The notes under the pieces are model-generated. The model worked only from the letters and a program-made list of their open reading frames with translations, had not been told where the DNA came from and ran no database searches. From positions 4,093 through 68,092 of the forward strand of contig CAYWCV010000006.1 of the NCBI GenBank assembly GCA_964456845.1: DNA of 64,000 nt. Direction: 5' to 3'. Positions within the stretch are counted from its first letter, which is position 1; every line of letters begins with the position of its first letter. The stretch comes from an uncultured Chitinophagales bacterium (GTDB lineage: Bacteria; Bacteroidota; Rhodothermia; Balneolales; CAYWCV01). Below are positions 18,471 to 27,588 of the stretch, piece after piece. Position numbers and translations under genes: made by a program.

Positions 18471-20690
18471 ATGACATCAACCCGAAGCACCAATTACCCC
18501 ATTCCCTTGCACTCGCACTCGCACTTATTCTTGCTCTTGCTCTTGCTCTTGCTCTTGTTCTCGTTGTCATCCTGCTCTCCGAAATCAGATCCCGACTGGT
18601 CCCGGTTTCTTCCCGATCAGACAGTCTTGGTCTATTGGGGTGATGGAGATCGTGACGGCAGGCTGCGTACTGACATTGGCGAGCTTATTGGCAAGCCGAT
18701 CTTGTCGCGCCTTGTATTGGGTGATACCGTCGCTTCGGAACCGGCGGCAACGGCATTGGTTCCCGAAAGCGTCGACCAACTTTCCGCTCTGTGGATTTTC
18801 GATGCATCTGAAGATCTGAAAACAGTGCTCACTGGCGGCGGATGGGTGAACAAGGGTGGTTACACCATCACCGAAGGTCGCGTTGACTTCTATGACAAAA
18901 GTGGTGTTTCGGTCGCTATGGGCTCCACTTCGACATGGACCTTGGTATCAGAGAGCAGTCGGACGATTGAACAGGCGTTAAGGGCAGCCGATGGTTCCAT
19001 ATCACGTTTGGTGATCGCCAACACGCCGGGTTTCCATCTGAATGTGGGCGAATTCGGCAGGCTGTTCGCTCCATTGGCAAATTCGTCCGTCCGATCTGAA
19101 CTGGCGAAGGCGTTGCGTGGCCTGGGCACCGTATTGATCGAACCTCCAAGTAGTGGCGACCAGGCAGAATGGCTCATTGATATTCCTGTGACGGCGGAGG
19201 TCTCGAATCTGGTGAAGTATCTTTCGGCTCGTTCGTCTGTTGCCGCATCTTCTTTTGAGGTTCCTGCCGGTGTGGCATTGAGCTTGGTGTGGAACGACCC
19301 CTACGGCATTGACGTGTTCGACGAAATCCGTTCATCGAACAGTAGCGGTACTGCTGTGCGATCGGCCATTGGTGCGATGTCGCCGCATTTGTCACCGGAG
19401 GTTGCGATGTACGTAACGGAGGCGCCATCGGCCGCGGTGGCTTATGTCAGAAGGGCCAACATGGCATCAATTGGGGATGTTTTTGCCGATTTATATCAAC
19501 AAGGCATGCTCGATGGCGAGGGTGAGGTGTTCGTTGGGCGAGATCCGGCGCTTGCGGTGGCCATATGCTCCGGTCTTTGCGACTTGAGCCGGTATTCTAT
19601 TGGGCTGCGTGAGGACGGCATCGTGATATCGTCGAGCGAAACCTTGGTGCGCAGGTTGATGGTAAACGACGGTGCTGGATCTAGCCTTGAGTCTTTGGTT
19701 CCTGCGGGTGGGGTTGGCGCCGGCGGGATGGAAGGCTCCTACGGGTGGGCTGACGTATCTTCACTGATCGCGGCAGCCAGAGCGAACGGGTGGATGGTGT
19801 CAGACAGGCCGGTTCCAGGCATCCTGCGAAGATTTGCATCTGTGGCGTATTCGGCGCGGGCGGGCGACGGAAGGCTCACCCTGAGGCTGAGGTTGGATTC
19901 AGGTTCGACTGGCGGTTCACGTACCGACCTGATTTTGGCATGGCAGTATCCGCTTCGGGATGATGCCCTCATATCGGAGCCGGTAGCAACGGTACTCAAC
20001 GGCAGGCCATTGATCGTGGCCACCACGAGCTCTGGGCGTGTCTTGGCGCTAGGTGCAGAGGGCACCCTGCAGTTTGAGGTCACGACAGGGACGCAGACAC
20101 CTATGGGAGGGGTTGAGATCTATGATTGGTATGCCAATCGATCGCCCGTCGTCTTGCAGGCTGCTGGGTCAGCAATCTACGCTTGGAGTCCATCAGGTAA
20201 TCTGCTGCCAAGCTTTCCGTTCGTGATCGACTCACCCATAAGCGCCCCGATCACCCTCACCGACATCGATGGGAATGCCGAACCCGAAATCCTCGCGCCC
20301 ACCGAAGACGCACGCCTTCATTTGATCAACCGCGATGGAAGAGGAGTGTCTGGATGGCCGGTGTACACCGACGGCAAAATTGTGAAAAAACCAGTGATCA
20401 CCCAATCCAATGGAGATTGGGCGGTCGAGGTCATTACAGAGTTTGCAACCGAGGTGTACGACAAACTCGGTCAACGAATATCAAGCCGCCCTCATCTCGA
20501 CGACATTTCAGTAGACACAGATTCGTTGGTCGCCCATTCTTCCCCTTCTGGGTTTGATGGAAGTGCACCCATGCTCTATGGTCAATTCCCCATTGTTGCC
20601 GACATCGACGGCGACGGCAGAATGGAGCTCATTGTGGTATTAGACGGCCAGATTCGTTGCTACCGGCTTCCTTCCAATCGGGCTGACTGA
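18471..20690 (+). CDS. Lipoprotein with C-terminal FG-GAP/VCBS-like beta-propeller repeats
   Basis: The signal peptide ...HLFLLLLLLLLLFSLSSC carries lipobox LSSC. FG-GAP-like motifs TDIDGNAEPEILAP and VADIDGDGRMELIVV lie near the C-terminus. Confidence 0.7.
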   Translation: MTSTRSTNYPIPLHSHSHLFLLLLLLLLLFSLSSCSPKSDPDWSRFLPDQTVLVYWGDGDRDGRLRTDIGELIGKPILSRLVLGDTVASEPAATALVPESVDQLSALWIFDASEDLKTVLTGGGWVNKGGYTITEGRVDFYDKSGVSVAMGSTSTWTLVSESSRTIEQALRAADGSISRLVIANTPGFHLNVGEFGRLFAPLANSSVRSELAKALRGLGTVLIEPPSSGDQAEWLIDIPVTAEVSNLVKYLSARSSVAASSFEVPAGVALSLVWNDPYGIDVFDEIRSSNSSGTAVRSAIGAMSPHLSPEVAMYVTEAPSAAVAYVRRANMASIGDVFADLYQQGMLDGEGEVFVGRDPALAVAICSGLCDLSRYSIGLREDGIVISSSETLVRRLMVNDGAGSSLESLVPAGGVGAGGMEGSYGWADVSSLIAAARANGWMVSDRPVPGILRRFASVAYSARAGDGRLTLRLRLDSGSTGGSRTDLILAWQYPLRDDALISEPVATVLNGRPLIVATTSSGRVLALGAEGTLQFEVTTGTQTPMGGVEIYDWYANRSPVVLQAAGSAIYAWSPSGNLLPSFPFVIDSPISAPITLTDIDGNAEPEILAPTEDARLHLINRDGRGVSGWPVYTDGKIVKKPVITQSNGDWAVEVITEFATEVYDKLGQRISSRPHLDDISVDTDSLVAHSSPSGFDGSAPMLYGQFPIVADIDGDGRMELIVVLDGQIRCYRLPSNRAD
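18509..18564. repeat. Intragenic hexamer repeat (GCACTC)x3 (CTTGCT)x4-6, an inverted copy of block 18232-18313
   Basis: Aligned by hand, the reverse complement of 18232-18303 (..gcactagcactagca cttgtt cttgtt cttgct cttgct cttgct..) matches gcactcgcactcgca cttatt cttgct cttgct cttgct cttgct cttgtt. The block encodes HSHSH-LFLLLLLLLLLF. Confidence 0.85.
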
Positions 20691-20692
20691 TG

Positions 20693-21589
20693 TTACTTTA
20701 GCAGATCGCGAAGGGCATCTTCTATAGTGGTGAACTTCCATGCAAACCCTATTGATTGCAATTTGGCGGGAATCATGCGCTGGCTCGCCGTTACTACAAC
20801 AGCAGACTCACCAAGAGCTAGACTAAGTGCAAATCCCGGCACTTTGAACAGAGTTGGCCGTGATAGAACCTTGCCCAAGGCAGCCGCAAACTGCGACATG
20901 GTCACTATGTTTGGCGCCGAAGCATTGACGGCACCACTCAGGCTCTCGTTTTCGACGCCTTCGATAATGATTCTCACCATATCGTCGAGGTGGATCCAGG
21001 GGAAATATTGATTACCAGTTCCCAGCGGTCCACCGAGACCCAATTTGAACGGCAGAAGCATCTTCTCGAGAGCTCCCCCATCGGGATGCAGCACAACCCC
21101 AATGCGTGGTATGACCACTCGTACCCCCTTGGGTGCCGCATTCGCATGCGACTCCCAATAACGGCAGACGTCGGCGAGAAAATCGGAGCCCGCCGGGGAA
21201 TCCTCGGTGAGCACTTCGTCGCCCGAATCGCCATAGTAACCCACGGCCGACGCCGAGACAAAAACTGATGGACGCTGATCGGTTGGCACTGCGTTCATGG
21301 CCTTCACGATTGCAGATGTGGTATCAACCCTGCTGGAAACGATCTTTTTCTTCAACGACTCCGTCCACCTGCGCCCTCCGAGCGGCTCGCCAGCAAGGTT
21401 GACGACACCTTTGGCACCTAAAATAGCGCCGTTGATGTCAGCCCATGTTGCGTACGACACCGAATCGCCAAAGGGTGTAGATCGGGACGTGTCCCTGGTT
21501 AAAATCACGACCTCGTACCCTTTAGATACCAAGGCCTTGGTGAGTGCCGTGCCAATGAATCCCGTCCCTCCACTGATGACAACTTTCAT
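20693..21589 (-). CDS. TIGR01777-family NAD-dependent epimerase-like oxidoreductase (YfcH type)
   Basis: It has an N-terminal VISGGTGFIGTAL motif and a DUF1731-like C-terminal tail (PAKLQSIGFAWKF). The length is 298 aa. Confidence 0.8.
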   Translation of the reverse strand: MKVVISGGTGFIGTALTKALVSKGYEVVILTRDTSRSTPFGDSVSYATWADINGAILGAKGVVNLAGEPLGGRRWTESLKKKIVSSRVDTTSAIVKAMNAVPTDQRPSVFVSASAVGYYGDSGDEVLTEDSPAGSDFLADVCRYWESHANAAPKGVRVVIPRIGVVLHPDGGALEKMLLPFKLGLGGPLGTGNQYFPWIHLDDMVRIIIEGVENESLSGAVNASAPNIVTMSQFAAALGKVLSRPTLFKVPGFALSLALGESAVVVTASQRMIPAKLQSIGFAWKFTTIEDALRDLLK

Positions 21590-21609
21590 AAGGACTTCCT
21601 GCTTGTTAG

Positions 21610-22632
21610 TTAGTTTCTCTGCTGAACACCCAACCCCGGCAATTCATTCAAACGAACCCTTCCGTCAGCCCCAACGACTAGCCCGGTAAAAGGATCCTCC
21701 GAAATGAGGACGTGACTGTCGAGGTCGCAATAGTCGGCCCATAGCGCAACAATGGCGGCGGCTGTGTTGGCGACGGACGATTCGAGCATGCATCCGACCA
21801 TCACTTTCATTCCGAACTGCCGTGCCTTCCATAAATGGTGGAGAGCTGGAACCATGCCACCGGTCTTCATCAGTTTAAGATTGATGCCATGATAGCAACG
21901 AGCGATTTGAGCCATGTCTTCTGCACCGGTGAACCCCTCGTCTGCGATGATGGGCACGGGTGAGCCCAACTTCAACATCGCCAGTTCATCGGTCATGTGT
22001 GCCGGCATGGGCTGTTCGACCAGTTTCACGTTCATCCGGTGCATGAACCTCGCAAGATCGATGGCTTCTTCGGGGTCGGTCCATCCCTCGTTGGCGTCGA
22101 TCCACACTTCCTTCCGGGTCAGGCTTCGGATGAGGCGAATGATGTCGCGGTCGTCGTTTGTTCCAAGCTTCACCTTGAGTACGGGGTAAGGCTCCGCTTC
22201 GGCCACTTTTTGGCGAATGATATCCTCAGTGTCAATCCCGATGGTGAACGATGTAGTGGGCCCGACAGTGTCCGGTGCGTTCCATATGCGATGCAAGGGC
22301 AAGCCGAGCGATTTACCCATCAGGTCGGCGTATGCCATTTCAATACCTGCACGTACCGACCCCTCGTGCGGATAAATCTCGTTCAAGTAGGCGTGAAGTT
22401 CGACCATGTCGAGTGGATTCTTAATGCGTGAGGCATCGAAACGCTTCACGGCTTTCCGCACGGAGTCGACCGTCTCGTCGTAACGCTTGTTGGGGGCGAA
22501 TTCCCCGTAGCCAACCAAGTCGTTCCTCTCAACCTTAAGCAACAGATTCGATGCGACCGTACGGGAGCCACGGGTGATGGTAAAGGCGTGCTTAAGGGGC
22601 AGATTCAGTTCGCTGAGGGTCAGTTTATCCAT
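21610..22632 (-). CDS. Dipeptide epimerase (L-Ala-D/L-Glu epimerase type, enolase superfamily)
   Basis: The enolase-superfamily catalytic and metal motifs are present: VLKVKLG, WIDANEGW, VEQP, IIADEG and KLMKTGG. Confidence 0.8.
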   Translation of the reverse strand: MDKLTLSELNLPLKHAFTITRGSRTVASNLLLKVERNDLVGYGEFAPNKRYDETVDSVRKAVKRFDASRIKNPLDMVELHAYLNEIYPHEGSVRAGIEMAYADLMGKSLGLPLHRIWNAPDTVGPTTSFTIGIDTEDIIRQKVAEAEPYPVLKVKLGTNDDRDIIRLIRSLTRKEVWIDANEGWTDPEEAIDLARFMHRMNVKLVEQPMPAHMTDELAMLKLGSPVPIIADEGFTGAEDMAQIARCYHGINLKLMKTGGMVPALHHLWKARQFGMKVMVGCMLESSVANTAAAIVALWADYCDLDSHVLISEDPFTGLVVGADGRVRLNELPGLGVQQRN

Positions 22633-22633
22633 T

Positions 22634-23455
22634 TCAGAGGTCGATATACTTGAAGTATTTTAAAAGCTCGAGCCATACCCAGGCCACCGGTGCAGAAAGC
22701 ATCATCGCATCGAAACGGTCGAGCACGCCTCCGTGACCGGGCAGCAGGCTTCCAGAATCTTTAAGGTTGGCCTTGCGTTTGATGCGGCTTTCGGCAAGGT
22801 CTCCGATCGGACCAAATATCGACACGAGAAGGATGAGTGGCCATACAAGGCTCATGTCAAGTTCTTTCCCGCCCGGTGTGAGCCACATGGCAAGTAAATA
22901 GCCAAGAGCGGCACCAAAAAAGCCGCTGATGAACCCTTCCCATGTCTTTTTGGGGCTGATCTTTGGTGCAAGCTGGTGTTTACCGAACATTTTGCCACCG
23001 AAATAGGCAAAACTGTCATTGCCCCACACCATCAGGATCACCATGAGCAAAAGAAAATATCCCTGCGAGTCGGTGCCGCTGTTCCGTAGCAACAGCATCG
23101 TATTCATCATAAGTGGGATGTAGGATCCGATGAAGATACTGCTCACGATGCGGTTCATTCGTTCGTCGCTGCTCCGCAGCGCACCACGCAAGACAAGGAT
23201 GAACAACATCACTAAAAGTGTGGGCAGGAAAAGCGGGTTGTAGGGCTGCGTCACGATTACTGCGCCCATCAGGAGACTCCATGGAAGGCTTACTTCGGCC
23301 CCCATCAGCTTGAAGATGTTCGACAGTTCCCACTGCATGAGCCAGACGATTACGAGTATGGCCACGAGGAAATACCAACCACCCAACCACACGACGACTA
23401 AGAACGCCGGTGCGGCGATAAGCCCAAAGACAATCCTCTTTAGAAACTCATTCAA
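22634..23455 (-). CDS. cdsA: Phosphatidate cytidylyltransferase
   Basis: The signature SRIKRKANLKDSGSLLPGHGGVLDRFD is present in a multi-TM protein of 273 aa. Confidence 0.9.
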   Translation of the reverse strand: MNEFLKRIVFGLIAAPAFLVVVWLGGWYFLVAILVIVWLMQWELSNIFKLMGAEVSLPWSLLMGAVIVTQPYNPLFLPTLLVMLFILVLRGALRSSDERMNRIVSSIFIGSYIPLMMNTMLLLRNSGTDSQGYFLLLMVILMVWGNDSFAYFGGKMFGKHQLAPKISPKKTWEGFISGFFGAALGYLLAMWLTPGGKELDMSLVWPLILLVSIFGPIGDLAESRIKRKANLKDSGSLLPGHGGVLDRFDAMMLSAPVAWVWLELLKYFKYIDL

Positions 23456-23466
23456 GTTCTTGGGCG

Positions 23467-23736
23467 TTACTCGAAGTCGTCGACGTCGATCTGTGCGTTA
23501 TTCCATTCAGAGAGTGCCAAACGGGCGGCGTTGGCTTGGTCGTCGGGCACGTAAAGCCATATTTGGGCCATGTCACCGACGTTCAAGCTATAGGCCCTGT
23601 CGCGTTTGTTGAGGATGTTGCACTGAAGATCACGGCTTTCCAGGTAGCCTTTTACGAGTTCCGCATCATATTCGGTCCCTGTCTGGTAGACGCAGGTCCA
23701 ACCTTGAATATCGCTAACTTGATGTCCAAACATCAT
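23467..23736 (-). CDS. DUF2007-like small protein (putative signal-transducing fold)
   Basis: I prefer the internal start MMFGHQ, because the listed upstream extension overlaps the preceding gene. The sequence resembles the DUF2007 pattern (hydrophobic core, AELVKGYLES). Confidence 0.45.
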   Translation of the reverse strand: MMFGHQVSDIQGWTCVYQTGTEYDAELVKGYLESRDLQCNILNKRDRAYSLNVGDMAQIWLYVPDDQANAARLALSEWNNAQIDVDDFE

Positions 23737-24685
23737 CGCCCTCCGCTGTTTTGGTTTGTCGTTGTATATAGTAAAGTACGACATAGACCAAGACAATGCT
23801 ACCAAAAGCAAGCCAAAGGGGAGGCATTTCGAGATTGGAATCGGTGAGTGGCGAGTCGGGCATAAACTTCACCAACAACACGCTGAAGGCGTTGTTCACA
23901 AAGTGGGCAACCATGGCTGGGATGAGTGAGCCTGATTTGACAGTGATCCAGCCGAGGAATATCCCGATCATGGCCAACGGAATGACCTGGCTCAGGCGGA
24001 GGTGGTAAAATCCGAAGATGATGCCCGTGATGAGGATGGCCGTCCATGCCGCCTTGGTACGGCGCAGCAGGTTCAACGCAAATCCGCGATACAAGATTTC
24101 CTCGCAGATGGCGGGCACCATGGCCACATGGAACAGTGCAAGAGCGATGTTGAAATCGCTCTTAAGGAACCCCTCAATCATTTCGGTCTGTTGGCGTTCA
24201 ATCTCGACCAAGAAAGACGGCAGCGGGATGAGCGTGTTCAACCATGCGAGCAACCACACGCTTGGCGCTCCGACGATGATGAGAAGCGAAGCCAGTGCCG
24301 TGTACTTCCATACGGAGGCGTCCCGTTGCATGGGGAGCATTTCGCTCCATGACCGACGTTTGACAAAATAGATGACGGGAAGAGTGAGCACTCCAAAGGC
24401 AAGGATTTGACCCAACGAGTTGCCCAAAAACAAGATGTCGAAATGCTCTGCGAGTCCCTCGGGTGTAGCCATGGCTGACAAGTCCGTGCCGGGTGTGGCA
24501 AGGAGCCCGACCACAACCACGATAGCTGCTATGACCTGAAATGCGATGAATGCAATCAGGATCCAGCCGTAAGTTACCAGCCAATCGGGAAATCCCGCCC
24601 GCTCAGCCTTCGACTGAGCGGGCGGTTCGATAGCAGGCTCCAAACTGGGGTTTGTAAACTCCTCTTCCGGTCTGATTTCTTCCAT
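23714..24685 (-). CDS. CPBP-family intramembrane glutamic endopeptidase (CAAX protease/Abi)
   Basis: Motifs EEILYRG, FGFYHL and HFVNNAF are present. The start at ATG 24683-24685 (MEEIRPEE) lies 5 nt after the upstream stop. Confidence 0.85.
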   Translation of the reverse strand: MEEIRPEEEFTNPSLEPAIEPPAQSKAERAGFPDWLVTYGWILIAFIAFQVIAAIVVVVGLLATPGTDLSAMATPEGLAEHFDILFLGNSLGQILAFGVLTLPVIYFVKRRSWSEMLPMQRDASVWKYTALASLLIIVGAPSVWLLAWLNTLIPLPSFLVEIERQQTEMIEGFLKSDFNIALALFHVAMVPAICEEILYRGFALNLLRRTKAAWTAILITGIIFGFYHLRLSQVIPLAMIGIFLGWITVKSGSLIPAMVAHFVNNAFSVLLVKFMPDSPLTDSNLEMPPLWLAFGSIVLVYVVLYYIQRQTKTAEGDDVWTSS

Positions 24686-24690
24686 GGGTG

Positions 24691-25248
24691 TCAGAGGGTT
24701 TCTTCCTTCTTGGAGAATACGGCCGCTCCGATCATGCCGGTGATCAGATTGATAATGCCGAACATGAGTGCACCGACTCCAAGTCCCATGAGTCGGGTCG
24801 ACCATTGCGTCGGATCGTTGGCCATCATCTGGTCCATCGCCTGCTGACGAGCCGCCTCGTTCATCTCAGGGATGGTGTCGATGGCACCCATCATGGCGTT
24901 CATCATGTTTTTTGTCATGTTAGGATCGACAAAATCCCATAAAATCCCTAAAACGCCCGAAATTAGGGCAATCAACACACCCGTAACCAACCCCATTACG
25001 GCACCCTTTCCGACTGGCACGCGCAAATCAGTGGCTTTGATATAGCTTCTCACCACCAGTAGACCCGCTAAGGCAGCGACGAGGCAAATCACCCCACCGG
25101 CAACGGATGGGAAAAACATCACTGTCATCGACGGTTCCATGCTGATTACCGTGTATGCGATCACCAAATTGCCGATAAAGGCAACGATCGCGAAGATCAT
25201 CGCAAAGCGAAGGGCAATGGGCATGTAACTTTCGTTAGCTTGTTCCAT
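24691..25248 (-). CDS. Small multi-TM membrane protein (DUF4199-like)
   Basis: It has four hydrophobic segments. I chose the start at MEQANESY (ATG 25246-25248). The family call is tentative. Confidence 0.45.
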   Translation of the reverse strand: MEQANESYMPIALRFAMIFAIVAFIGNLVIAYTVISMEPSMTVMFFPSVAGGVICLVAALAGLLVVRSYIKATDLRVPVGKGAVMGLVTGVLIALISGVLGILWDFVDPNMTKNMMNAMMGAIDTIPEMNEAARQQAMDQMMANDPTQWSTRLMGLGVGALMFGIINLITGMIGAAVFSKKEETL

Positions 25249-25759
25249 GTGTTTGTACGTTTGGTTTTTGTTTGAATTCTCCCGCCAGCAACCATGCAAG
25301 ACTCATACCAAAGAGCGCTCCGAGGATGATACGGCTTTGATGTGAATTCATCCAAGCCCCCGCGAAATTTCCCACGAAATCGACAATGATCAACAGAAGC
25401 GCCGCAACGATGAAGTAAATGGCACGTTTTTTATGGAACGGAAGTCCAATCTGGATTGCAACCGGAAGCAGGACTAAACCCGTGAAAAAAGAACTGTAGA
25501 TACCGAAGCAACGGCTGCACACCGCCATGGCTACCCCATCGAGCGAAAGAGAGCGGTCATGCTGCTGATGACACAGCGATTCGAAGGCCTTGAGACTCAT
25601 CTTGTGGTAAAAGTGTCCGCTTTCGAGGCCGAATAATCCGCCACCCATAGATACGAAAAACAGCAGCGCGCTAAAAAAGACAAGCACGCCATACCAAATG
25701 GGTGAGAAATGTTCGTAAGCCCGTACATGCGACATATCTGAGCCTACGCCATTCGGCAT
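25235..25759 (-). CDS. DUF2085-family membrane protein
   Basis: The motif CHQQHDRS....AVCSRCFGIYSSF matches the DUF2085 Cys/His pattern. Confidence 0.65.
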   Translation of the reverse strand: MPNGVGSDMSHVRAYEHFSPIWYGVLVFFSALLFFVSMGGGLFGLESGHFYHKMSLKAFESLCHQQHDRSLSLDGVAMAVCSRCFGIYSSFFTGLVLLPVAIQIGLPFHKKRAIYFIVAALLLIIVDFVGNFAGAWMNSHQSRIILGALFGMSLAWLLAGEFKQKPNVQTHGTS

Positions 25760-25765
25760 TAAAGG

Positions 25766-26209
25766 TTACAAGAGTGCCGCTTTTTTTAGTCCATCTGCGA
25801 AGTACGCCGGAGTGCGGATGGGCCGCCTGGTGGAGGCATCCATGAACACGAGCACCACGTGTCCGACAGCCTTCAACCGCTCACCCGAATCGTCTGTGAT
25901 CTTGTACCACGTGTCAAGTTTTACCCCAGGCTCCGTAAAGAGGAAGGTATGGATCTTGAATGGTTCGTCATATAGAAGGGGCTCTTTATAGTCGACCGCT
26001 GCATGAACTACTGGCAGCATGACCCCCTTCGATTCGATGTCGGAGTAGGTGAGGCCAAACGTGCGGATCATTTCGGTACGAGCCACTTCGAAATAGGCCA
26101 GGTAGTTGCCGTAATAGACGTACCCCATCTGATCCGTCTCGGAGTAACGACTCCGCAGATTCATCACATGACTTAGTATGGGTTTGCTGTCTGGGAAAAC
26201 CAACGACAT
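25766..26209 (-). CDS. Acyl-CoA thioesterase, YbgC/4HBT hotdog family
   Basis: It has the N-terminal RSRYSETDQMGYVYYGNYLAYFEVAR pattern with the catalytic Asp. The length is 147 aa. Confidence 0.8.
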   Translation of the reverse strand: MSLVFPDSKPILSHVMNLRSRYSETDQMGYVYYGNYLAYFEVARTEMIRTFGLTYSDIESKGVMLPVVHAAVDYKEPLLYDEPFKIHTFLFTEPGVKLDTWYKITDDSGERLKAVGHVVLVFMDASTRRPIRTPAYFADGLKKAALL

Positions 26210-26210
26210 G

Positions 26211-27170
26211 CTACTCGTTCATATCGATGTGCACACCCATCGAGCTGTACTTCTCGACGCGCTGGCTCACAAGCTGTGATGCATCCATAGTGCCCAGTCG
26301 ACCAAGGCTCTCGACGAGTTGCTTCTTTAAGAGGGTGGCGGCTTCCTTATGGTTGCGATGGGCTCCGCCCTTTGGCTCAGGAACCACACCGTCGATCACG
26401 CCGAGTTGGATCAGATCGTTGGCAGTGAGTTTCAATGCTGCCGCAGCCTGCTCCTTGTATTCCCATGTCTTCCAGAGGATGCTTGAGCACGACTCGGGTG
26501 AGATCACTGAGTACCATGTGTTCTCCATCATGTAGACCTCATTGCCCATGCCGATTCCAAGTGCTCCACCGCTGGCTCCCTCGCCGATGACGACTGTTAT
26601 AATAGGCACGCGGAGCACCGCCATTTCCATGAGGTTGCGGGCGATGGCCTCGGCTTGGCCCCTTTCTTCGGCTTCCAACCCAGGGAAGGCACCTGGGGTG
26701 TCGAGCAAGGTTATTACCGGGATGCCGTATTTCTCGGCGATCTTCATCAGACGCAGCGCCTTGCGGTATCCCTCAGGATTCGCCATGCCAAAGTTTCGGT
26801 ATTGGCGCGTCTTGGTGTCGCGACCTTTCTGGTGGCCCATGATCATGACCGACTGTCCGTCGATCGTTGCCAGTCCACCAACGAGGGCCTTATCGTCGGC
26901 GTAGTAGCGGTCGCCGTGCAACTCGATGAAATCGCCGCAGATCAGGTCGATGTAATCGAGCGTGTACGGACGTTCGGGGTGCCTGGCCAGCTGCACTCTT
27001 TGCCAGCGCGTGAGGTTGGCGAAGACCTTTGTGCGAAGCTCCTCGACCCTTGCCTCTAGGTTGTTGATCTCTTTTGCGAGCACGTCGTTGTCGGCCAGCG
27101 ACAATGCCTTCAACTGGGCAATCTTCTGCTCCAGGTCGTAGATTGGTTTTTCAAAATCGAGATGGTTCAT
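26211..27170 (-). CDS. accA: Acetyl-CoA carboxylase carboxyltransferase alpha subunit
   Basis: The true start is [17 protein letters not shown] at ATG 27168-27170, giving 319 aa. Motifs [18 protein letters not shown] and GGAHRNH are present. The upstream 117 codons of the listed ORF are spurious. Confidence 0.92.
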   Translation of the reverse strand: MNHLDFEKPIYDLEQKIAQLKALSLADNDVLAKEINNLEARVEELRTKVFANLTRWQRVQLARHPERPYTLDYIDLICGDFIELHGDRYYADDKALVGGLATIDGQSVMIMGHQKGRDTKTRQYRNFGMANPEGYRKALRLMKIAEKYGIPVITLLDTPGAFPGLEAEERGQAEAIARNLMEMAVLRVPIITVVIGEGASGGALGIGMGNEVYMMENTWYSVISPESCSSILWKTWEYKEQAAAALKLTANDLIQLGVIDGVVPEPKGGAHRNHKEAATLLKKQLVESLGRLGTMDASQLVSQRVEKYSSMGVHIDMNE

Positions 27171-27203
27171 GGTTGGGAATATAAGGAAGAATGAGATAAT
27201 AGG

Positions 27204-27231
27204 CATTGGACATTGGACATTGGACATTGCT
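27204..27231. repeat. Heptamer tandem repeat (CATTGGA)x3 plus CATTGCT
   Basis: Read directly in the accA/arsR divergent intergenic region. Confidence 0.85.
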
Positions 27232-27241
27232 CTTGTTTTAT

Positions 27242-27272
27242 TTTGACATTTGAACAAATGTTCATATATTTG
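27242..27272 (+). promoter_or_regulatory. Putative promoter with embedded ArsR-type operator palindrome TGAACAaaTGTTCA
   Basis: A perfect 6-2-6 inverted repeat lies at 27251-27264. It is flanked by TTTG/TTGACA (27242-27248) and TATATTTG (27265-27272), which matches the Bacteroidetes -7 consensus TAnnTTTG. The box ends 5 nt before ATG 27277. Confidence 0.45.
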
Positions 27273-27276
27273 TTTC

Positions 27277-27588
27277 ATGAATACAGAGACACTCCTCGAA
27301 ACACGTATACCGACCGATGAGCTTGAGCCGCTTGCACACCTGCTAAAGGCCATTGCACATCCTGCGCGTCTAGCTATCGTCGACCTGCTCAGCCAGCATG
27401 ACCAGCTGCACTGTACGCAGCTGATGGAGTCCACCGGCGTTGAACAGTCACTGCTGTCGCACCATTTGACGACCATGTTCGACCGCGGGATTCTCAGCCG
27501 GGAAAAAGATGGCAAGTACATCCTCTACCGTCTCGCCGACAAGCGGATGGCGAACATCATCGATTGTGTAATTAAGCAGACTGCATGA
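27277..27588 (+). CDS. ArsR/SmtB-family repressor, BigR/SqrR-like (two-Cys persulfide sensor type)
   Basis: The winged-helix core is [16 protein letters not shown]...SLLSHHL. Cys46 (LHCTQL) and Cys97 (IIDCVI) are placed like the BigR/SqrR redox pair. The operon context fits. An alternative TTG start exists at 27250. Confidence 0.75.
   Translation: MNTETLLETRIPTDELEPLAHLLKAIAHPARLAIVDLLSQHDQLHCTQLMESTGVEQSLLSHHLTTMFDRGILSREKDGKYILYRLADKRMANIIDCVIKQTA

Noticed and set aside
18419-18643. An alternative-frame 74-aa ORF that reads the hexamer repeat as (LA)n (SLALALALILALALALALVLVV).
   Set aside because: It terminates after 74 aa. The frame starting at 18471 continues for 739 aa with a proper lipobox and C-terminal FG-GAP motifs. 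The hydrophobic read-out is a by-product of the CTTGCT repeat.
27171-27521. The listed 436-aa ORF extends accA by 117 codons across the intergenic region and antisense into the arsR-like gene.
   Set aside because: The extension is Cys/Ser/Arg-rich and has no AccA homology. The canonical AccA N-terminus [17 protein letters not shown] starts at ATG 27168-27170 and gives the expected length of about 319 aa.
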